From assembly GCA_013239625.1 (NCBI GenBank), contig MU053588.1, positions 3,190,799 to 3,254,798 on the forward strand: DNA of 64,000 bases, written 5' to 3'. How positions within the stretch are numbered: position 1 is the stretch's first letter; each line of letters begins with the position of its first letter. Origin of the DNA: Lama guanicoe (Eukaryota). The translations under genes were made by a program, and so were the position numbers. The notes under the pieces were generated by a model, which did not search any database, was not told the origin of the DNA, and worked only from the letters and a program-made list of their open reading frames with translations. Below are positions 12,001-31,149 of this stretch, piece by piece.

Positions 12001-15000
12001 AGATCTTGTCCTCCCTCACCAGGACCACTGACACAGCCTCTTTCCTGGTCTCCCGGCCTCCCACCTTGCCCTGATGTGAGTCCCTGAGGGATCTTCCCAG
12101 CTCAACCTCTGGCCCTGACCCTCCCCTGCTCAAAAGCCCTCCGTGGTTCCCTACCATCCCCAGGAGAAAGTCCAGCTCCCTAACCTGGTGTTTGGAGTCT
12201 CACCATGTCTCACATCACCCTACATCTTACAGCTCTATCAGGAACTGAGCCTTTGCATAAGCTTCTCCCTCTGTCCAGAGCACATTCTCCCTTCCTGCCA
12301 GCAAACTTCCCCATCTCTTCCAGGAAGCCTGGATGGATTAGGCACCCCTTTAGGTTCTCACTTTCCAATATAACCTTCATTCCTCTGGGCCAGGACCAGC
12401 TGTGTCCAGATACGTCTCCCCTGCAGCCTAGGAGGCCCACAGGGCAGGGCCTGGGCCTGCTCATCTTGGCCCAATTCCTGACATTGCCCAGCACAGGGCC
12501 TGGCACTGAGCAAGAGCTAGGAAATACTGGATGAAGGAAGGAAGAAATGCACAAAAGACAGAATACTGAAGTTGGCAGCTCTCCCTCAGGCTCTGGCCAA
12601 AGGCCCTGAGAACATCACACACAGACCCTGAGCTGTGGTCTGGAGAATGCAGAAGAATCATTCACCCAGGCCAGGCAACCAGACCTCCCAGAATCTTACC
12701 AGCCTCAACCAAACTATAAAGCTGTTCCTAGAATCATAACAAGCATAACTTTGTCAAGTGCCTGCCAGAGGCCAGTTCACCATCTCCCTTCCCCAAGTTC
12801 CTCCCTAAGTGTAAGTTCTCCTGTTTCCACCCAACATGGGCCTATCTCCCAGGCCATCCTGCCCCAAATGCTTCTGCTTTTCCAAAAGCATAATGCTTCT
12901 TTATTCATGAGGATATTATGAGGACTGGGTACCATGAAGTGTGAACACAGTACAAAAGTAAGTAAGTCAGTTGCTTATTTTTTAATAGATGGGGGAACAT
13001 GTTGGTTCTTAAAAGGTGATGGGCATTGGGAAGGATAGGAGATCAAGGGGGGATTCAGTGGTCTCCCAGACTCCTTCTTATGCCAACATCCAGCCAACTG
13101 GTCCCTAAGTCTCACTGGTGAAACTTCACAAATCTCTCAGTGCTCTCCATGCCTCTCCACTGGCTCAGTTTCTGCCCAAGTTCAGAACTCATTCTCTCCC
13201 ACAAGACTAGGACACCAAGTCTCCAGTCTACCCCCACCCAGCCTGAGAGCAATGCCCCACTCCTGCTCAAAATCCTCCTTTGGCTCCCCATCAGTCCCAA
13301 GAGAGGTGGGGGTGTGTAGCTCAAGTGTTAGAGCACATGCTTAGCATACACAAGGCCCTGGGTTCAATCCCCATTACCTCCTCCAAAAATAAATAAGTAA
13401 ACCTAATTACCTCCCGCCTAAAATAAATAAATAAAGTACAACATATTTGGGGGAAAAAAATTTTTTTAATCCCAAGAGAAAAGACAAGCTGTTCAGCATG
13501 ACATTCAAGGGCTTTCTTCCCTTGCTTCTGGAGCCCCCCTCACCTCCCAGCCAACAGTTCAGCCAGACCAGACAAGCCTCTGACATGCCTCCTGAAACAC
13601 ACCAGCCTCTCTTTTGCCTATATAGAAGCTGTTCCCTTTTGTCACCCAGTAAACTCCTATGCATGTTTCAGAACCCTGCTCCAGTGGCTCCTCCTCTGTG
13701 ACTCCCAGCAGTCTTCCCACTCCCCTAGGCCTGTCTACCCAACCCCTGCATCTCCCTCTGTCTCAGCCCTGAGCACAAAGGAGCTGAATGTCTGTGTCCA
13801 GCCATACCATCCCCAACCAGGCTGGAGCTCTTCAAGGTCAGAGAATGATTTATACCCACAACTCTTTTAAGTCCCATTCTCTTCTCACCCCCCAGACAAG
13901 AAGAGCCTCCAAGCTGGGGACATACACACTTATCCCCAAGAAACATGTTTTGTCCATACCCCACACAACCGCCATGGAGATCTTCTAGAACATAAGTCAG
14001 ATTATGTCCTTCCCCCGTCAAAACCCTTCCATAGCTCCCCAGTGCCCCCAGATAAAGACCAAGCTCTGCTGCCTACAAAGGCCCTGCATGGTCCAGGTCC
14101 TGTCATACCCGTGGCCTTTGCCCAGGACCTCCTCTGAGGGGCTCCCACCTCTCCCTGGAGGCCAGCTCCTACATCCACTGCCAAGGGAGGCCTTCCTGGA
14201 CTTCTCCAGCCACTGCCTTTAGATTTATCTTCCACCTCCCTATTGCTCTTAGGACACAGTTCAAAAATCACAAGCTCCTACACCATCTGGCTCCTTCCAA
14301 CCTCCAGCCTCTGGCTCATTGTTTGTCTTCTTGGATTCTGTGTTCTAGCATAAAGACTTCCAGTTCCTCAAAAGCTTCATATCCTCCTGCTTCCAGGCCT
14401 TTGCACAGGCTCTTCTCCTGCCTGAAACGCCCTTTTGTTTTCTCCTACACATGACTCTGGTCTCAGCTATAGTCCACGCTAAGTCAGATGTCATCTCGGG
14501 GCTCCTCACTCCCTGGGGGTGGGTTTGTTTCCCCCACTGGACTGGGAGCCCATAGCGTAGAGATTTAGCCTTTGCACAGGCTGTTCCCTCTTTCTGGAAT
14601 GCCTTTCTCCTCCTCCTGGCTGATTCCTATTGGTCCTTTAGGTCTCAGCTCAGACATCTCCTCCTCCAGGAAGCCTTCTCTGCTCTCACCCACCCCACAG
14701 GTCAGGCACTTCCTCTGGGTTCCTTCAGGACCATGGGGTTCCTCCATCACAGTCCTGACCACTCTGGGATGCCACTGTCTATTAACATGTTTGTCTCCTC
14801 CATTGGATTCCAAGCCCCAAGTCTCGGGGATTGCTGGGGGCTGTGACGGTCTCTGCAATGTCCAAGTGGCAAAGACAGTGTCTGGTACATAAACGACTGA
14901 AAAAATGCTTTTATTGAAGTACTTTAAAAATAACAACATTAATAATCCTAAGACTATTTATTGAGCATTAACTATGGTAAATACCTGTTCTCATAATCCA

Positions 15001-15597
15001 ACAGCCCCATGAGGTGAGTACTATTACTATTCCTACTTGCAGACAAGGGAAGCCGAACCTCAGAGAAAGGAAGCCGCCTGCCCAAATTCACAAAGCTAGC
15101 AAGAAGTGGAACCCAAATTCAAAGCCAGGTGGTTGGGCTCAGAGCCTGAGTTTCTAACAATTACTCAGAATACTCCTCACTGATGCTCCTGGCTTGTAAT
15201 TGTCCATCTGCGTCTGGGTGCAACTCTCCCACCAGACTTCAAAGCCTTCCAGGGCAGAGCCCAGGATGGCCGTGTTTTAGAGCAAAGGGCCTGGACTAGA
15301 AGAGGGCTCTAGGAATGTGGTGAGTGGATGAATGAGTGCACAAATGAATGAATTAGCGCATGAGTGGGTGTGTGACACGGGGCCCCACTCACCCTCAAGG
15401 CCCCACTCACCCTCGATGAGCCACTCGCAATTGCCATTGACGCTGTAGTTGCCCGCACCATCTGTCACGAAGCCTGGCGCCTCCCGCAGCACTTGCCGCT
15501 GTCCCTTGCAGTCCCCTGCCCAGGCCCCAGGGGACAGTGGCCCCAGCACGGCCAAAGACAGAGCCAGCGCCGCAGCCAGAGTCCGGCCCAGGACCAT
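1..15597 (-). CDS. MEGF8: Multiple EGF-like domains protein 8, 5' portion (exons 1-15; gene continues past the left edge)
   Basis: Coding exons in transcript order: 15411-15597, 10012-10175, 9553-9759, 8532-8712, 8362-8450, 7365-7780, 6777-6922, 6525-6647, 4464-4618, 4008-4127, 3498-3642, 3252-3415, 1181-1381, 595-795, <1-134. All are GT/AG bounded and join in one frame: signal peptide MVLGRTLAAALAL, CUB domain (GDCKGQRQVLREAPGFVTDGAGNYSVNGNCEWLIE), EGF repeats, kelch repeats (ARHSHVAVAW, ERAFHTASVLG) and PSI domains. Confidence 0.97.
1880..3110 (+). mobile_element. Old L1 (L1M-type) 3' end fragments
   Basis: AT-rich block with typical L1 3' phrases (ccatacaatggaat...ttattcagccataaaaaggaatgaagttctgacacatgccacaacatggatgagccttgaaaagattatgctaagtgaaagaag; tagtggttgccagg). 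Boundaries approximate. Confidence 0.8.
7790..8230. repeat. GA-rich low-complexity tract (MEGF8 intron 5)
   Basis: Dominated by gaga/acag/agaa units; UC-rich on the MEGF8 sense strand. Confidence 0.85.
8720..9050. repeat. GA-rich low-complexity tract (MEGF8 intron 3)
   Basis: Same gagaca/agaga composition, directly upstream of the exon 4 acceptor. Confidence 0.85.
10720..10875 (+). mobile_element. MIR SINE fragment
   Basis: agactctggagtcaggctgcctaggctcaaatcttgggtctgccacttcctagc...tgtgtgatcttgggcaatcacctaacctctctg resembles the MIR core. Confidence 0.7.
11385..11640 (-). mobile_element. Artiodactyl-type L1 3' end fragment
   Basis: T-rich tail, then ttgaagcatagttgatttacaatgttgtgttag...aaagtgattcagttatacata...ccctgtgctatacagtagg, typical of a reverse-oriented cetartiodactyl L1 3' UTR. 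Confidence 0.75.
13305..13469 (+). mobile_element. tRNA-derived SINE, Vic-1-like (camelid), with target-site duplication
   Basis: A-box-like tagctcaagtg, B-box-like ggttcaatcccc, aaacctaattacctccc body and A-rich tail. Flanked by the direct repeat tcccaagaga at 13295-13304 and 13470-13479. Confidence 0.85.
14940..15160 (-). mobile_element. MIR SINE fragment
   Basis: tatttattgagca...cataatccaacagccccatgaggtgagtactattactattcctacttgcagacaagg...ctcagagaaagg resembles reverse MIR. Confidence 0.7.
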
Positions 15598-15899
15598 CGC
15601 TGCCTCCCCAACTGATCCTTACAGACAGTACGGGTCGTTAAGACCCGAACAGGACCCTCCACCCAGCTTGAAGCCCTGCAAGAGCGACCTCTATAGATGG
15701 GACATGGCCTTGTAGACAAGGGAGGTCCAAGAGTCACTGTCTCCGCGAAGGAAACTGCCGCTGTCGACAGGCTCTGGAAACCGAGGGGTTGACCCTACAG
15801 ACCCATGGAAAATCCTGTAAATAGGGTCGTTATGGACGGGGCCAACCCCTAGGGGCCATGGGAGTCTCTTATAGACACAGGCCTTCATAGGCTGGCTGA

Positions 15900-16520
15900 C
15901 CCCATAAATGATGTCCTGCAGTTACATTCGCGGGCGCTGCAGGCCGAAACAGACCTTACAGACCGCTGGGTCCCCAGGGGGAGAAGGGCTCCACAGTCCA
16001 GCGGCGGCCTACATAAAGGGTGCGGCAGGACCGGGCCTGGCCAGGATGGTCCGGGAGACCCCTCCAGCCAGGGGCGGAGCGCGAGCGAGTGCCCGGGGCG
16101 GAGCTAGTCTTCAGGGGCTCAGGCCTGTACCCCATAGACGAACTCCCGTGCTCACCCACCCGCGCCTCCCTTCGGAGCCGGATGAGCCCGATCAGAGAGA
16201 TGAGGGGACGCTCAGGCCAGAGCGGCCAGGAGAAGACCCGCTGGGAGGGAGAGGGGGCGGGGGCCGAGCGGCCGCCATGGGATGGAGAATGGAGAGGAGG
16301 CGAGAAGTCTCGGAGACGCAGCTCAGAGCGGCCCTGGGAGGACTGCAGAGCATCCAACCCAACCCGTCCACAGAAGGAGACTTCCGGAAACTTCCCCGCC
16401 CATTTGTTCCTAGACGCGTGCGCAGCAGTGACCTCCATGGCCGGAGAAGTGAGAATTACACATGCGCACTGCTCAAATCATAACTCGAATTCCCAGTGCA
16501 GGTGGCTGAGCTAAGCATCG
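15900..16520 (-). promoter_or_regulatory. MEGF8 CpG-island promoter and 5' leader
   Basis: CpG-dense, with tandem ETS/GABPA sites acttccggaaacttcc (16380-16395), NRF1-like tgcgca, ZNF143-like aattcccagtgca (16488-16500), GC boxes and YY1-like gccgccatgg (16271-16280). Confidence 0.75.
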
Positions 16521-16796
16521 GCCGTTGGAGGGCGCTTCACCTCTGACGGGGAAGAGAGGGTAAAAATAAAGAAGCCATACAGTAAGAGGACTCTGCTAGA
16601 TGATGATTCATATCTACAATGCTCCCAGATTCTGGGTCAACAAAAGGTCAGGTTATACAAGCCCTTCTCAAAATACCATTTCACAGATGGGCTCACTGAG
16701 GTCCCGAGTCTGGAACGGTTCTTGCTCAACCCCGTCTCTGAGCACTATCAAGATGTAAAAGAGGCCATCTTATAGATAAAAACTCGACGAATCCTC

Positions 16797-16802
16797 TTTA
16801 TT
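16797..16802 (-). terminator. TMEM145 polyadenylation signal AATAAA
   Basis: tttatt on the + strand, downstream of all three TMEM145 stop codons. Confidence 0.7.
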
Positions 16803-17035
16803 TTGGCAAGAAGGGGAAAAAGTCTTTCTGCCAGGGACCTGAGGGAGGGCCTCCGGGATGGAGATAGGGTGGACAGTGTACGGGTACGAGATCACAGAGA
16901 TCCAAGGGAAGTTTTCAGAATCGAGACTAGCTTCACAATATCCGTCCTGGGAGCAGTGGCTTGGAGTCGCGGAGTCCTGGAGAGTCATGGGCAGGATCCC
17001 GGCGATCGTCCCTGGTGTTCCGGGGTCCGGCGGGG

Positions 17036-17194
<159 letters not shown>

Positions 17195-17338
17195 TTACGC
17201 ACCCCTACCTGGGCGCGCGGGGTGGGGAGATTTGGGAAGGCCTGGGATGGCAGAGCCCTGAGGCCGTGATAGAGCGGGGATCCGGAGCCCGGCCGGGGCC
17301 CGGCGCGCGGCCCATGGGGCAGGGGCGGGCAGGGGTGC

Positions 17339-25375
<8,037 letters not shown>

Positions 25376-26055
25376 TCATGCCCTAAAATGAACTCACATT
25401 TCCCCAAGAGGAGCTTCCTCCTCCAGACTGCCATATCAGGATGGCCCATAACCCCCAGACCCCAGTTCTGTCCTGACTGTCCCCCAACTTAGTCCCCAAA
25501 CTGCTCTTTGATTGATCATCCCCACCCCCAATGACAGCCATCACCAGCTGTGTCCACCCCAGATCCCATGCACTCTGAATTGCCTACAGAGACACAGAGG
25601 CACAGAGTGGGCAAACCATTTATTCTGGGTCACACAACTCCGAGATTGCAGACAGCCCTCAGCCACAACCAGTACACCCTGCTGCCTGACCCTGTCCTGT
25701 CACTGCTTACCAGAGTGTGAAATCAGTTGCTGTGAGGCAGAGGAGGTAGTATTATGAGAAACCCACAAGCAGACTCTGAAGTCAATTGCTTGGGTTCAAA
25801 TCCCAGCATTGCCACTTCCTCCCCATAAGACCTCAGCCAAGTCACAGAGGTGTGACCTCTCAGTCCAGCCCCCTACACCCTGGTACTGACCTTATGGTTT
25901 CCCAGTGGGCAATGGGAGCCCTGGAAAACCTTTACAGAGTACAGCCCAAGCCTCTCACCTTCATTTTCCTCATCAGGTTCCAACACATTTTTAGCTTCAT
26001 CTCTCTCCCTCTACTGCAGAAAAATTTGCTGCTCTTCAAAAATAATCATTTTCAA

Positions 26056-26580
26056 GGCATGGAAACAACCTAAGTGTCCATCATCAGATGAATGGATAAA
26101 GAAGACATGGTGTGTGTATATGTGTATGTGTATATATAATATATATATGTATACACATACACACACACACACATACAATGGAATACTACTCAACTATGAA
26201 AAAACCGAAATTTTGTTATTTGGGGCAACATGGATAGATTTGGAGGGTATCATGCTAAGCGAAATAAATCAGACAGAGAACGATAAATACTGTATGATAT
26301 CACTTATATGTGGAATCTGAAAAATACAACAAACTAGTGAATGTAACAAAAAGAGAAGCAGACTCACAGATATAGAGAACAAACGAGTGGTTACCAGTTG
26401 GGGGAGGGCAGTAAAGAGGTGAGGGAGTGGGCGGTACAAACTATTGGGTGTAAGACAGGCTCAAGGATGTATCACACAACATGAGGAATATAGCCAATAT
26501 TTTGTAATAATTGTAAGTGGAAAATTATGTTTAAAAATTGTATACAAATTTTAAAAATTTAAATGTATAATTTTAAAAAA
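26056..26580 (+). mobile_element. L1 3' end fragment with internal (TA/CA)n microsatellite
   Basis: catggaaacaacctaagtgtccatcatcagatgaatggataaagaaga...caacatggatagatttggagggtatcatgctaagcgaaataaatcagacagag...gactcacagatatagagaacaaac. Confidence 0.85.
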
Positions 26581-27549
26581 CTTTTTAAGTTAAGAGGCCA
26601 AGCAGGAAGCACAAGTGCATGAAATACTTTTAACAGACACTGTAAGGCCCATGTAAAAGGGGCCTCTGCTACTTGTCTTAAGGCAGTTGTTGAGGAGGAA
26701 TAGTAGGTCTGCTGCCAGATCCTTTTTCTTTCTTCGTTTTTTTTTTTTTTTTGAGAGAAACTAGAAATGTGTTGGGTTTTTTTTTTCCAACCAAACCATC
26801 TGATTTGTAACAGTAAGCAATTGATTCAAAAATTTAAAATATATTGTAGGCCAAAGAAAAAATTCTCTGGGCCATATCCAAGCCTCTTCAGCCATTCCTG
26901 CCCTGATCCTGTACACACAGTTTCTGTGCCCACCAGACCAGAAGCCTCCCAAAAGCAGGGCCCAGATGTGACTCACCCTAGGTCCCAGCATGACCTCGGG
27001 ATACAAGCTGAATGAAAACGGTCCCACAACCCCTATTTGCCCTCCTCCAAGCCTTGTACCTGCTCTTCCATAGAACATTTCTAGCACTGCCTGAAATGTT
27101 CTTTTCCTCTTCTACTAGCAGTTGCTACCAAACTCAAAAAATACAAGGGTCTTGTGTCAACTCCTCTATGAAGACCTCTCTCATCAGCAGGACAGTCATC
27201 ACTCCCTTCTTGGTCTATCCCAGGTCTCTCTCAGATGCAACCACTGGGGCTGGAACTGTCTGTGCTCACCACTGGACTGGGCATCCCCTGGGAACACAGA
27301 CTCAAGTCTCACTCAATCTGGGGCCTCAGCATCACCAGAGCTCAGAGTTGGGCACATAGTTGGCCTCAGTGAGTGGATGTGTTAGACTGACTGAAGCCCC
27401 AGGTTTCCCCAACCTGCTGGCCTCTGGGGCCCTAGGAAGGTGACAAGTGACAGTACCTTCCCCTCCACTTTGGACCTAGAACTCAGAGCTAAGGAAAGCT
27501 GCTCTCCTGGGCTATTCACTAAATATCAAGAGGACCACAAAGTAGGTAT

Positions 27550-27555
27550 TTTATT
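27550..27555 (-). terminator. PRR19 polyadenylation signal AATAAA
   Basis: tttatt on +, about 50 nt past the PRR19 stop. Confidence 0.75.
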
Positions 27556-27605
27556 GAAGTGATTAGAATGTGGGATTTCTGCCCCCAACCTAGCCTCAGC
27601 CCCCT

Positions 27606-28782
27606 TCAGTACAGTCTCATGGGTGGAAAGGACCAGGCCTCTGGGCTGCTCTGGGCTACCACCCAGGAGAGGCTGGGCAGGGGGGCAGGGGGGCTGGGGC
27701 TCCAGTCCAGGGCAGAGGTCCTGGGCAACAAGGGTGATGGTGGCTGAGGCAGGAGTTGTGGTGGGCCAACCCCCCAGGGCCGGGGAGGGGGTGGTGTGGC
27801 TACCAGCCAAATACTTTTCAGCAGATCAAAAGCTGTTGGGGGGCCCCAGGCCGTCTCCGATGGTGAAGGCAATGAGGACAATGGGGGTAGCCAGGGACAT
27901 TTCGGTGGTGCCAGGCTCACCCTGTGCACAGTAGGAGTGCTGCAGGTGTGAGGCATGGTGAAGTTGAGCTCCTTTGTCTCCTTTTGCCTCCTCTGCCTCC
28001 CCTCCCTTGGGGCCTGCTCAGGGCTGTTGATCCAGGAGGGTGTCATCCTTCGTTCCTCAGGGCCCCCAGGCTTGGTCCCTGGCATAGAGGAAAGAAGCAT
28101 AGGGGACAGATGAACTAGCGCAGACAAAGGGAAGGGAGTACAGGGGACAGGAGGTGGGCTCACCTGGCAAGGGTGGCTGGCAACTCCGGAGCACCAGGGT
28201 AAGGTCAGGCACACAGCCGTGGCAGGCCTGTAAGGTGCTCACGATGACATCCCTGGCCTCTTGTACTAGATTTCTCCTGGGGAAGGCCTGTGGCAGAATT
28301 AGCTGGCATTGCAGCTCTCCCAGCAGCTGCTCCAAGTCAGGGAACTGTAGGGGACTAGGTGGGCCTGGGCCCGAGCCTCCAGGCACCTTGTTCTCCTTGC
28401 CCCTTGACTGTGGGGCTGGTTCTTGGGCCCTGCCTGGGCTTGGGGAGAACTTAGTGGGGAATGCAGGGGTCCTTGGCTCCAGGGACCCACTGCTAAGCAG
28501 TCGAGCAACGTCCAGAGATTTCACCTCATGGCTGAAGAGACCCCGGTGCTCTCGGCTCAGCCGGCCCTGGGTTATGACCACAAGCTTGGGGGCAGCAGGA
28601 GCCACAGAATTCCGGAGGAACATATGTGGATCCCGACTGGCCAGAGGAGGATCTTGATGGGCCAATGACTGCCGACTGCCCACCAGAGCCTCATTACGCT
28701 CCCGCCTGGTCTTCCGACGGCGGACACGACCAGGTTTCTCAGGCCGCTGGAAAGTCTTGGGGGCTGGCCCCCTGGGGTCCAT
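27606..28782 (-). CDS. PRR19: Proline-rich protein 19 (meiotic crossover factor, CNTD1 partner), 363 aa
   Basis: Two coding exons, 28164-28782 and 27606-28078 (1092 nt, GT/AG intron). Recognisable motifs: [58 protein letters not shown] and C-terminal WSFPPMRLY. Confidence 0.95.
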
Positions 28783-29398
28783 GGCACCCTGGAAGATAAA
28801 GATAGGATGGTCATCAGCATGTAGATAAGTCAAGGACCTAAAAGTGAGTAGTGAAAAGAGGAGATGGTTTGGGGTGAGATGGAAGTATTATTTAGAGAGA
28901 CAAGGTGAAAGAAAGGGATCAGCAGAGAGCCAACTGGAAAAGGCTTAGTCAGGTGTAAGGTCAGGGAAAAGGCAGAGTCATAGGGGTAGGATAGGGTCAA
29001 GGGAGTCACACTAAATGAGAAGATTTGTCAAGGGATAGAGAAAGAGTTAGAGGGAACAGGGATGTGAGGAAACAGCGAGAAGATGGGGGATGCGAAAGGG
29101 ATCATGATATTGGAGGGGTCTGGTGAACCAGAAGGGATTTTGAACAGAGGAGAAATCCAGAGGTAGAGGAGATACTGGAGAATACAGAAGGTGGAGAGAT
29201 GGTAGAGAGAGAAAGGCAAGAAAGAGGATGTAAGTTGGGGAGACAGAGAAAACCTCGGGAGAACAGAAAGGGCAACAGAGGAGCTATCAGGGACTGAGGC
29301 CTTGTCAAGGACGGTCCAGGAAACAAGGCAGGTTGGGCCAGGTGAGGTAAGGATGAGGGTACGATTGGTGGGGGCAGGTTGGGGGAGGGGCACCTCAC

Positions 29399-29830
29399 CT
29401 TCTGCTGCCCCAACGAATCCCGCCCTCTGCCTACTCCACGTGGCTGTGGGGTACAATGGCTTCTTTTCCGTGGTGACCCCAGCTTTTGTCGCGCCCGATG
29501 CTCTTCCGGGTCTCATGCGCCCGCGCATGCGCGTGCCCCTCCCACACCCTTCGTTTTTCCTGCTCTGGAGAAGAGCAGGCCCAGGGGCACGTGCCAGCGG
29601 CCCAGAGTGCCGGTTATAGTCCCTCCTCCCCTCCCCAGCCTCACTTTCGGAAACCTCTTTCATTTGTCCTTAAGTACCTCCCTTTCACCAATTGGCTGTG
29701 AGGTCCATTAGGCCCGCCCCCTTCCTCAATGCTGATTGGTTTAGACATCTATTGGCGGACTTTCTCTCAGCAGCATGAGATGAGACGAAGCGAAGGGAGA
29801 GAAGGGCCACGGTAGCCTCTATAAGCAGCC
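29399..29830 (-). promoter_or_regulatory. Proximal PRR19 promoter and candidate non-coding first exon
   Basis: CpG-rich, with donor aag|gtgagg at 29398, NRF1 gcgcatgcgc (29523-29532), two CACGTG E-boxes, three CCAAT boxes (about 29688-29755) and a GC box. Confidence 0.65.
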
Positions 29831-31149
29831 AGTCTCCACACAGTCACAGACTTTATCCCTTGAGAATCAGTACAGTGTTGTCATTCAAAGCTAGGATCCA
29901 GAACTAGACTACCCAGGTTCAAATGCCCAGATTAGCACATTTGAGCTCTGTGACCCAGGAAAAGTATGTAACTGCTCAGAGCTTCAGTCTTCCTAATCTG
30001 TAAAATGAAGTTGTTAGCTCCTTCTTACAATTGCTGTAAATATGAAATGAACCAACATCTAATTTGAAACAGCGCTTGGTGAATGGGTGCCTCAAAGCTT
30101 TGTTTCTCACTTGTCCCCTCAGACTTTCGAATCAAGCTATGCCGGGGTATTCCCCATACCCTAGTAAGCTATATTACCTGTGTAAACTTTCAAAGCCTAA
30201 CTCCTCAGATACTACTTCTAGGAAACCTTTCACCCTCAGAGTCCTTCTCTTCCTCCTCCCGCAGAAGTCCCCTGTACCTTCCTTAATCACAACTTTGTTT
30301 CTTCCTGCAGCTCTGTGTCTGGATCTGCCTCCCCCAACATGGTAGGACAAGACCAGGATCTGACCCATTCATTTAAAATTCATTCAGGAAGTACTTGTGA
30401 ACTTGTGAACAGCCATAGTACTTGGTACTATGACTCAGGTCCTGTTCCAGGCAAGTGAATTGTAGCAAAATATAAACACAGTAAATAAGATTGATCTCTA
30501 AATCTTAGTATCAGCCTACCTAGAAGGAATAAATAGGTAGGAAGATCCCACCTGGGAGAGGAGCTACAGGAATATAATCAGGACGTTAGGGGGGTGTGGG
30601 ACCCCCACCTGGTCCCCCAGAACAGGGAGTTCTGGGAAGATCTGAAGTCTGAGATTAATTTGGGGCAGAGACCTTAGGTGACCTTGGTTGTGCATGTTTC
30701 AGAGCGCAGAAACAACCAACTGACGTTGTTGGACAGCCATAGGTTTAGAGAAGGAAGCAGAGGCCACAGATCTGTAAGATGAGCCGTGCGGGAGGGGCGC
30801 CAGGCTGGACTTGGGCCTTGCAGCATCTCTAATTTCCTTTGTCTTTCTGTATCTTCTACTACCCTCTTTGCAGGGTCAGTGATATATCTGTAATGCAGAC
30901 ATGTAGTTTAGGTTTTATGCCATAAAAACTGGTGGTTTTGAGGAGGGGAGGCCCATGAGCAGATAGGCTCACTAAAGTCCTGGCACTGTCTTATGGTGTC
31001 TCCTTACAGTTGAGCCTCTAATTTTCACATTTTGCCATCTTCCTTTTCTCTCCCCCACGTCAAAAGAAAATGGGAGCGTCCCCTCCTAGCCAGGTACGTA
31101 TGAGCCACCCCCTCAAGGGATCCAAAAATGGACCCGTCCACTCATTCCC

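Noticed and set aside
13310..13385. tRNA-like sequence (also at 63540-63600)
   Set aside because: SINE head with A-rich tail and TSD, degenerate cloverleaf; not a tRNA gene.
29028..29663. 211-aa ORF upstream of PRR19 as a possible N-terminal extension
   Set aside because: Splicing from the 29398 donor to 28788 puts it out of frame with the PRR19 ATG, and the distal half is low-complexity intron.
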